A stretch of 56,746 nucleotides of DNA. It comes from Acidobacteriaceae bacterium (lineage in GTDB: Bacteria > Acidobacteriota > Terriglobia > Terriglobales > Acidobacteriaceae). The notes under the pieces were generated by a model, which was not told the origin of the DNA, made no database searches, and worked only from the letters and a program-made list of their open reading frames with translations. The DNA is taken from contig JBAVDD010000093.1 in assembly GCA_049587035.1 (NCBI GenBank), positions 1-56,746 on the forward strand. The letters are read 5' to 3'. This document shows positions 49,995 to 56,746 of this stretch, piece by piece (position 1 is the first letter of the stretch; the number at the start of each line of letters is the position of its first letter). A program made the position numbers and the translations under genes.

Positions 49995-52733
49995 CTAGCT
50001 CCGAAGGATCTCCACGAAGGCCTTGGAGCTTCCAGCAGGGATGCGGAGTCGCAGAGGCTTCGTTGGGTCCGGGTAGAACTCCTTCGTTTCGTCGCCGCAA
50101 ACGACTTTGTAACGCCGCGCCGGTGCGTCCGCGAACAGAAGCTGCACCTCACCGCTGCCCGTGGCCTCCGTCTCCAGCATGAAGCGGAATCTTTGCCGAT
50201 CGGTGAACCATTGGATGGGTTGCTCTTTGGCGAATCTCGCACCTGTCAGTTCGAAGTCGATCTTCTGACCGCCAGTACGCAGGTGCAGCCGCCGGCGTAC
50301 ACCGTCGCGAGGGATGATGTGCAGGGCCGTCTTCTCGGCGCTCATCTCACCGCCAAAGCAGAATCGCCCAAAGATCGGATCGTCTGCAACGATGGTCGAA
50401 GCGGATCGAAGTGCGCCGCAGTAGCCCAGGTCCGTTTCGCAGGAGTAGTACCAATCGCCGCGGTGGTGCGGTTGTCCGAGCCACGTCATGCCGTAGGCCG
50501 CCGGCTCAAAGCCGCCACCTGTTCCGCCATCATTTGCCTCACCCGGAAACCAGTACCCGAACCCGGACTCCTGCGTGCCGGTGTTCATCAGCGACCACGA
50601 GCTGAGGAAGGAAGCGTAGCCAAGGCGGATCGTGGCGTCAGGTACCGCGCGATCGTAGAGTGCGTGGTTCAGCACTCCCCAGCCACCCATCGGCGACATG
50701 TAACTCAGCGTGAAGGAGTCACCCGCACCGGCGCGATAGTCGCTGCCATAGTAGTAATACGCTTTTTCGATGACACCGCGGCAGAAGAGATTGTCGCTGA
50801 TCTGCCTGGTCGCAAACTCCTCTGTTCCCTCTTGGGTTATGCCCGGCGTCGACGGATGATCGAGCGCATAGCGCGCGATGGCCTGCGTCGACTCGAAGCC
50901 CGTGGAATCGAAGGCATACTCCGAACTAAACAGGTTCAGATTGCCGGCTATAAACGACACCACCTTCTTCTCCCAATGCATCCGCAACCGCGAAGCTTCA
51001 TCGTGCTTGCCCACAAGATCCAGTTCTTCGATGATCTGCGGAATGACGAGCTCGTTATAGAAACCCGTTTCGTACGCGGACCACTTGGCGACTTCGAGCG
51101 GGATGGTAAACATACCGATCGCCGTGCCGTATGCGCGTTCCAGATAGGTCGCGCGGGCCAGCTTCATGTTGATTCCCGGATAATCGCGGGCGATGCGGTA
51201 CATGCTGAAATACATCACCATGATGTGCGGATAATCGTAAGGGCGCCAGATGTGGAGCTTGCCCTTCGGCCCGGGATCGCTGCTGTCGCGGTTTTGCTTC
51301 CAGTCGGGGATGCCATAGATGCCGTAGCTGTGGGTCTCGTCCGTTGTGCGCTGCAGTCCGCCCCAAACGAAGTGCTCAATGTAGTAGTCCAGTGCTTCCA
51401 CTTCGGCCTGATCGGGAAACTCCGCATTCTTGCTGGCTAGATAGGCCGGCTTGCTCAAACCTGGGTCATCGCACGACACCTCGTAAATACGCCAGCCTTT
51501 GATGCGGTCGTAATTGTCTGGGCTTAATTGCACCTGCGAATCCATATTCCATTCGGCCAGAAGGCCGTTGTACCACTTGCTGGTATCGCGAATCTGATGC
51601 TTGGTGGTAAACAAAGCGCGTTTGTGAATCAGCGTTTCCAGGGGCTGTGCAGCGAAGAACTCCAGCCGCGTGCTGCGGCCTGCCCCGTGGTTCACTGTCA
51701 GCAAATTCTCACCCAGCCGATTGAACTTCACACGGTAAAGCCTGCGTCCCTTTCTCTCACCGAGAGATTCGATCGTCGTCTGCTCCGGATGCTCCGCAAC
51801 GATGCTCCTGATCGGTTCATGCGACCGGATGGACATGCAGGTAGAGAGATCCGCCGGCACGGTCATCCCTGGCGCAATCTCCACATCGATCCCTCCGGCG
51901 TCGACCAGCCGCTGCCGCACCGCTTCGTAATCCTGCGCCCCGGCCAGTTGGAAGGCATACTGTCGGTGGTCCCCGGTAGTGCCGGAGGGTGTCAGCGTTA
52001 CGCTCGACCGAGGCTGACGCCAACGGCCTCCCATCGCCTGCACCTTTTCGCCCACAGCAACCGAATGAACATACGCGCGGTAGACGGGTGGTCTTCCGTG
52101 CGCATGGTCCCAGTACTCCAGAGAGGTATCGCCCTCCGGCGTCATCACCAGATAGGGGCCGACGCTGTTGGAGCGCATCCAAAACAGAAACGAACCATGT
52201 CCGGAGATGAAGCTGTGCTTCAAAACCGGTAACGACGAATGCGCTTTGCCACCGAAGGCGGCGTGCATGGGAAGCGGTAGTGCCAGGTCACCAATCTCGA
52301 TCGGATCGGAGGACGTATTACGCAACGTGATCGTCCAGCGCAGAACGCGGCGCTGCGGTTCGAGGTGAACGTTTGCAACCAGCGCTTCGCCACGGTCATC
52401 CTCCACTCGATACGTGCCCGCTGAGGAATCAGCCCCCGTGGCTTCCGCTGACTGGAAGCTTTGCCACGGACCATTTGCACGCCGCCACGCGATCTCCACA
52501 TGGCCAAGCTTCTGCCCGGTGGCCACATAATTCGTCTGCGAGGCGTCCCCCGCAAAGCGCAGACTCGTTAGAGCGCCACCGTCATATTCAAGAAGGAACG
52601 GCGAACCGCCGGCGCCATTTCCAGCTATCTCTGCCGCGTCGCCCTGATCGGAGGCAAGAGCAAACGGCGAAAGAGAACTACCAGCCGCCAGCGTGGCAGC
52701 TCCCACCAAAAACTCACGACGATTCGCAGACAT
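49995..52733 (-). CDS. Tat-exported DUF5695-like protein (probable glycoside hydrolase)
   Basis: NRREFL twin-arginine signal; WRPYDYPH, SEYAFDSTGFES, LSYMS motifs; family name from memory. Confidence 0.7.
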   Translation of the reverse strand: MSANRREFLVGAATLAAGSSLSPFALASDQGDAAEIAGNGAGGSPFLLEYDGGALTSLRFAGDASQTNYVATGQKLGHVEIAWRRANGPWQSFQSAEATGADSSAGTYRVEDDRGEALVANVHLEPQRRVLRWTITLRNTSSDPIEIGDLALPLPMHAAFGGKAHSSLPVLKHSFISGHGSFLFWMRSNSVGPYLVMTPEGDTSLEYWDHAHGRPPVYRAYVHSVAVGEKVQAMGGRWRQPRSSVTLTPSGTTGDHRQYAFQLAGAQDYEAVRQRLVDAGGIDVEIAPGMTVPADLSTCMSIRSHEPIRSIVAEHPEQTTIESLGERKGRRLYRVKFNRLGENLLTVNHGAGRSTRLEFFAAQPLETLIHKRALFTTKHQIRDTSKWYNGLLAEWNMDSQVQLSPDNYDRIKGWRIYEVSCDDPGLSKPAYLASKNAEFPDQAEVEALDYYIEHFVWGGLQRTTDETHSYGIYGIPDWKQNRDSSDPGPKGKLHIWRPYDYPHIMVMYFSMYRIARDYPGINMKLARATYLERAYGTAIGMFTIPLEVAKWSAYETGFYNELVIPQIIEELDLVGKHDEASRLRMHWEKKVVSFIAGNLNLFSSEYAFDSTGFESTQAIARYALDHPSTPGITQEGTEEFATRQISDNLFCRGVIEKAYYYYGSDYRAGAGDSFTLSYMSPMGGWGVLNHALYDRAVPDATIRLGYASFLSSWSLMNTGTQESGFGYWFPGEANDGGTGGGFEPAAYGMTWLGQPHHRGDWYYSCETDLGYCGALRSASTIVADDPIFGRFCFGGEMSAEKTALHIIPRDGVRRRLHLRTGGQKIDFELTGARFAKEQPIQWFTDRQRFRFMLETEATGSGEVQLLFADAPARRYKVVCGDETKEFYPDPTKPLRLRIPAGSSKAFVEILRS

Positions 52734-52852
52734 GGACCACCTCACAAGCAAATGTATACGAAACTGTATTCTTAAAGACATACATCTCCGCCATAAACAT
52801 TAGCTGTGAGGTTTCAACGCGTACAAAATAGACCGCAAGCGCAAGCCGCGTC

Positions 52853-53800
52853 TCAGGCTCCCGGCGCGTCCCCCAGCGCCGTCAGAATCGTATCGAAGTC
52901 CTCCACGCCGGAGTACTCAATCACCACCTTGCCCCTGCCCTTTTTGTCTTCAATCGTCACCTTCAACCCCAGCCGCCGCCGCAGCGCATCCTGCGCCTCG
53001 CGCACATTTGGGTCGACGGCCTCCGCCACCTTCGGCTGCTTTACCTTCGACTCCGGATTCAGCAACCCATGCACATAGTTCTCCGTCGCTCGCACCGATA
53101 GATGCAGCGCCAGTACCTTCTGCGCAGCCGCCAGAATGGCCTCGGGCGATTCCAGCGCCAGCAGCGCCCGCGCGTGCCCAAAGCTCAGCTCGCCCAGCTC
53201 CACATGGCGTTGCACGGACTCAGGTAACTTCAACAAACGAAGGAAGTTAGACACACTAGCCCGATCCTTGCCCGTGCGCTCAGCCATCTGCTCCTGGGTC
53301 ATATGGAAGTCCCGGCTCAATCGCACATACGCATGCGCCTGCTCCATCGGATTCAGGTCGGCGCGCTGCAGATTTTCGACGATCGTCATCTCCATCGCCT
53401 GCAGGTTCGACACCTCGCGCACAATCGCCGGGATGGTCTGCTTGCCCGCCTTCCGGCTTGCCATCAGCCGCCGCTCGCCTGTAATCAGCGTGTAGCGCCC
53501 GTCTGTTCTGAAGTTGACCCCGTGCCGCACCACGATCGGCTGCACCACCCCCGAGGCCACAATCGACACCGCCAGCTCCGCCAGCTTGGTCTCATCAAAG
53601 TTCGTGCGCGTCTGGAAGGGGTTGCGGTCGATCAAATCCAACGCAATCTCCAGCGGCTTCCCCGCAGACTCCACGGCTGCGGCGGAAACGGCAATACCAG
53701 CCGCCATCGGCTTCGCAGGCAGCAGCGACTCCAGCCCCTTACCCAGTGCCCGCGGCTTGATCTTCGTTCCCTGTTGATCACCATGATTCTGCGTTGTCAT
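52853..53800 (-). CDS. parB: Chromosome partitioning protein ParB
   Basis: RALGKGLESL, NPFQTR, GERRLMA, ENLQRADLNPME, GHARALL. Confidence 0.96.
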   Translation of the reverse strand: MTTQNHGDQQGTKIKPRALGKGLESLLPAKPMAAGIAVSAAAVESAGKPLEIALDLIDRNPFQTRTNFDETKLAELAVSIVASGVVQPIVVRHGVNFRTDGRYTLITGERRLMASRKAGKQTIPAIVREVSNLQAMEMTIVENLQRADLNPMEQAHAYVRLSRDFHMTQEQMAERTGKDRASVSNFLRLLKLPESVQRHVELGELSFGHARALLALESPEAILAAAQKVLALHLSVRATENYVHGLLNPESKVKQPKVAEAVDPNVREAQDALRRRLGLKVTIEDKKGRGKVVIEYSGVEDFDTILTALGDAPGA

Positions 53801-53892
53801 ATCGAATTCCTACCTGTAAAAAATAAACTCATTTGGTCCAACCCCTGCTTCAACCCAGCCCATCGCTAGCTAGAAGCAAGAAGCAAAGGCCT

Positions 53893-54807
53893 CTATCGTC
53901 GAAACGGCCAGATGCCCTTCGACTCGCCAATCCCCTCCAGCACGGAGAAGTTTGGCTTCGGCCCAGGCTTTTTGGGAATCTTCATCCCATTCCGCTCCAG
54001 CAACTCCAACGCCAGGTTGCGATAGGCCTCAGCCCCGCGTGACTTGGGATCGTAGAGCGCCACCGGCTTTCCGTGACTCGGAGCCTCCGCCAGGCGAATG
54101 TTGCGCGGAATAGTGGTCTTGAACAGCTTGTCCTCAAAGAAGCTCTGCAGGTTGTCGCGGACCTGCTGCGAGAGGTTCGTGCGGTCGTCAAACATCGTCA
54201 GCAGGACGCCCTCGATCGAAAGTTCAGGGTTGAAGCTCGCCGCCACCCGGTCCAGCGTCGCCATCAACTCGGAGATCCCTTCCAGCGCAAAGTACTCGGC
54301 CTGCATGGGCACAAGCAGCGTATCTGCCGCAACCAGTGAGTTCAAGGTGAGCAGATCCAGCGCCGGCGGGCAGTCCAGGAAGATAAACGGGAAGTCGTTC
54401 CGGGCCGGCTCCAGGGCCTCGCGCAGCCGGTGCTCTCGGCGTTCCACCCCCACCAGCTCGACATTCGCGCCAATCATGTTCTTTGTGCCCGGGATCAGCG
54501 AAAGATTCGCCACCTCCGTGGACACAATCACCTCACTGGCTGTCGCATTCCCCAGCAGCAGGTCATAGACCGAGAGCCGCGCCTCATCCCGCGAGAAACC
54601 CAGCCCACCGGTCGTATTCGCCTGGGGATCGACGTCCAGTAGCAGGACCGGCACGCCTTCCAGCGCCACGGCTGCCGCCAGATTGATGGCTGTCGTTGTT
54701 TTACCAACGCCACCCTTCTGGTTGACGATGGCAATCACCTTACTATGCGGCGTAGGGCTCTGGGACGGGGGCGAGGGCGGGTTCGTTGGTTCGGTCGGTT
54801 CGGGCAT
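53893..54807 (-). CDS. parA: Chromosome partitioning ATPase ParA/Soj
   Basis: [37 protein letters not shown]. Confidence 0.96.
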   Translation of the reverse strand: MPEPTEPTNPPSPPSQSPTPHSKVIAIVNQKGGVGKTTTAINLAAAVALEGVPVLLLDVDPQANTTGGLGFSRDEARLSVYDLLLGNATASEVIVSTEVANLSLIPGTKNMIGANVELVGVERREHRLREALEPARNDFPFIFLDCPPALDLLTLNSLVAADTLLVPMQAEYFALEGISELMATLDRVAASFNPELSIEGVLLTMFDDRTNLSQQVRDNLQSFFEDKLFKTTIPRNIRLAEAPSHGKPVALYDPKSRGAEAYRNLALELLERNGMKIPKKPGPKPNFSVLEGIGESKGIWPFRR

Positions 54808-54846
54808 GGTGGGACGATCCCAAGCCTAGCAGAACCCGCGGCCCAA

Positions 54847-54862
54847 TGTTCCACGTGGAACA
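54847..54862. promoter_or_regulatory. parS site
   Basis: Perfect palindrome TGTTCCACGTGGAACA upstream of parA. Confidence 0.95.
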
Positions 54863-54873
54863 TCTCCAACTAG

Positions 54874-54889
54874 TGTTCCACGTGGAACA
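54874..54889. promoter_or_regulatory. parS site
   Basis: Second perfect TGTTCCACGTGGAACA, 11 bp after the first. Confidence 0.95.
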
Positions 54890-54929
54890 TCCGGTTGAAA
54901 TGCTGTGCAACCCTTGAGGAACCTGTGGG

Positions 54930-55583
54930 TTACGAGGAGCCTATGGATATGGCCGACCCTGTGGGGTACCCGACCTGCTCCATCGTCACCCACCCCGGGC
55001 CCTCCTCGGGCAACCGAACGCCCTCGACCCCATCCTGCATCTCAGTCGTCAGAGCCACCAGCCACCCTCCCGACCGCACCCGGAGCCGCGCCTCCATCAT
55101 CGCCTTTTCCATGTTGTCCACCGCCCTCAGCGTCACCGAGTCAAACTGCCTCGCCGCCCCCGCTGCCTCGGGCATCGCCTCCACCCTCCCCGCCCAAACC
55201 TCGGTCGTGAGCCCCAGCGTCCGCACCACCTCCCGCAAAAACGACGCTTTCTTCCCCTGCGACTCCGCCAGCGTTACCCGCATCTCTGGCCGCAGCAATT
55301 GGATTGGCAACCCCGGAAACCCGGCCCCAGAGCCAAAATCAAGCAGTGTAGCGCCTGCTTCCTGTCGAGAACCGATTTGCAGCCCGGCAAACAGGCTCTC
55401 GCCAAAGTGTCGCCGCACTATCTCCTCAGGCTCCCGGATCGCCGTGAGGTTCGTCCGAGCATTCCACTTCGTCAGCAGCTCAAGATACGTAGAAAGCTGC
55501 CCATACAGCCCTACGGGCACCTCCGCCGACCCAATATAAGGCCGCAAAAGCTCTGCAATCCGCGCTTCCGAAGGATTCCCCAC
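54930..55583 (-). CDS. rsmG: 16S rRNA m7G527 methyltransferase
   Basis: KWNARTNLTAI, DFGSGAGFPGLP, ESQGKKASFL, LRAV; GTG start inferred. Confidence 0.92.
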   Translation of the reverse strand: MGNPSEARIAELLRPYIGSAEVPVGLYGQLSTYLELLTKWNARTNLTAIREPEEIVRRHFGESLFAGLQIGSRQEAGATLLDFGSGAGFPGLPIQLLRPEMRVTLAESQGKKASFLREVVRTLGLTTEVWAGRVEAMPEAAGAARQFDSVTLRAVDNMEKAMMEARLRVRSGGWLVALTTEMQDGVEGVRLPEEGPGWVTMEQVGYPTGSAISIGSS

Positions 55584-55588
55584 GGAGA

Positions 55589-56404
55589 CTACCGCGCCGC
55601 GCTTTCCGTAGGTCGGGCCGCATCTGCCCGCGCCTCGGCCACTCGTCGCGCCTCTGCCACGAGTCGCCCGAACAACGCGCGGCTCGCAGCGCTGATCTCT
55701 AAACTCCGCTCCGGGTGCCACTGCACCCCCACCACAAACTGCTTCAACCGCGGATGTTCCACGTGGAACACCGAATCATCCGCCTCCATCTCGACCGCCT
55801 CCACCACCCCATCCTCCGGGCACCGCGCCACAATCCGCAGCCCGCTCCCCGGCGCCGCCACCGACTGGTGATGGCTCGTATTCACCGGCAGCCGCAGAAA
55901 CCCATCCACCTCCGGCGCCTCCTCCTCTGTAAGCAATGACGCCAATACACTCCCCGGAGCCACCAAAGCCGTATGCGCCACCGCTACCGACTTGCCCGCA
56001 CTATGGTTCACCGGCACCGGAGCCAGGTCCTGCACCAGCGTCCCTCCTCGCCAAACATTCAGCGACTGCACCCCAAAACAGATCGCCAGCACCGGCTTCC
56101 TATGCTTCTCCGCATCGTCCAGCAGCAGGTAGTCCACAGCCTCGCGAGCGGCGTCCGTCGGCGCCGATGCCGGATCCCGTTCCGCCCCATACAACTCCGG
56201 GTCCACGTCCGCCGGGCTCCCCGGCAGCAGCACCCCATCGCAGCCAGCAACCAGCCTGCGTAGCTCATCCACCGGAGTAGCCAGGTCAACCGCCACCGGC
56301 TCTCCGCCACTCTGCGTCACCGCCGTCGCGTAGCTCGGCCAGGAGCGCTGGTTATAGGGCAAGTCAGTCGATGTCGGAACCGGAATCGCAATGCGTGGCG
56401 TCAT
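55589..56404 (-). CDS. Gamma-glutamyl-gamma-aminobutyrate hydrolase family (peptidase C26)
   Basis: LAICFGVQSLNV, VNTSHHQ, GVQWHPE. Confidence 0.9.
   Translation of the reverse strand: MTPRIAIPVPTSTDLPYNQRSWPSYATAVTQSGGEPVAVDLATPVDELRRLVAGCDGVLLPGSPADVDPELYGAERDPASAPTDAAREAVDYLLLDDAEKHRKPVLAICFGVQSLNVWRGGTLVQDLAPVPVNHSAGKSVAVAHTALVAPGSVLASLLTEEEAPEVDGFLRLPVNTSHHQSVAAPGSGLRIVARCPEDGVVEAVEMEADDSVFHVEHPRLKQFVVGVQWHPERSLEISAASRALFGRLVAEARRVAEARADAARPTESAAR
55755..55770. promoter_or_regulatory. parS site inside a CDS
   Basis: Perfect TGTTCCACGTGGAACA, encoding VFHVEH. Confidence 0.92.
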
Positions 56405-56583
56405 AAGAAATCGTCCCTGCTACTACGGTACAACGATCGAGCCTCGCCCGACCTGTGCCGTCAGCAGGAAACCAGCCAAACCAGTCCCAAGCCGTCCCCA
56501 AATCGTAGGAAGCCGCGCGGAAGCTATTAACTAAATCGACAACCCAGCACGCAAGCACTTCCCATTGCCGCCGCGAGCTATGT

Positions 56584-56746
56584 CTAGCGGCAGTCCTGTT
56601 CGGCGGCCATCTTCGCGGCATCCAAAGGCAGCTGGTTGCGCGAGATTCCGTCCTTCGCGCCCCCGGACCTAAGCGTCACGGTATCCCAGAGCTCGCCGTC
56701 CTTGCTCACAATCCCGCAGATCCGCTCGTGGTCCACGCCCATGTGG
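56584..56746 (-). CDS. 3' end of an unidentified gene running off the window
   Basis: Open frame HMGVDHERICGIVSKDGELWDTVTLRSGGAKDGISRNQLPLDAAKMAAEQDCR*. Confidence 0.45.
   Translation of the reverse strand, partial: HMGVDHERICGIVSKDGELWDTVTLRSGGAKDGISRNQLPLDAAKMAAEQDCR

Overview
Chromosomal origin region of an Acidobacteriota (Terriglobia-like) bacterium. The taxon is inferred from the acidobacterial PadR + ADOP permease pair and protein style. Core genes are asnS, cysK, cysE, ychF, ddl, a threonine ammonia-lyase, dnaN, jag, yidC, yidD, rnpA, rpmH, dnaA, thrS, accD, folC, plsC, ruvA, hup, parB, parA and rsmG, plus three perfect parS sites. No rRNA, tRNA, CRISPR, integrase or transposase was seen. 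Main points: (1) a compositionally foreign two-gene DprA(SLOG) + PRTase cassette after asnS that resembles ShosTA-type toxin-antitoxin/anti-phage systems; (2) a clear oriC unwinding module (tandem DnaA boxes + five DnaA-trios) upstream of dnaN, about 5 kb from dnaA, in a rearranged origin; (3) strong G/C strand-bias blocks that flip inside intact genes and do not centre on the origin; (4) a switch-like structured 5' leader before hup; (5) an accessory region (17.3-27.7 kb) with an uncharacterised lipid-modification-like cluster, pseudogene remnants and arsM/arsR; (6) many apparently leaderless genes. All calls are by eye from motifs; no database searches were run.
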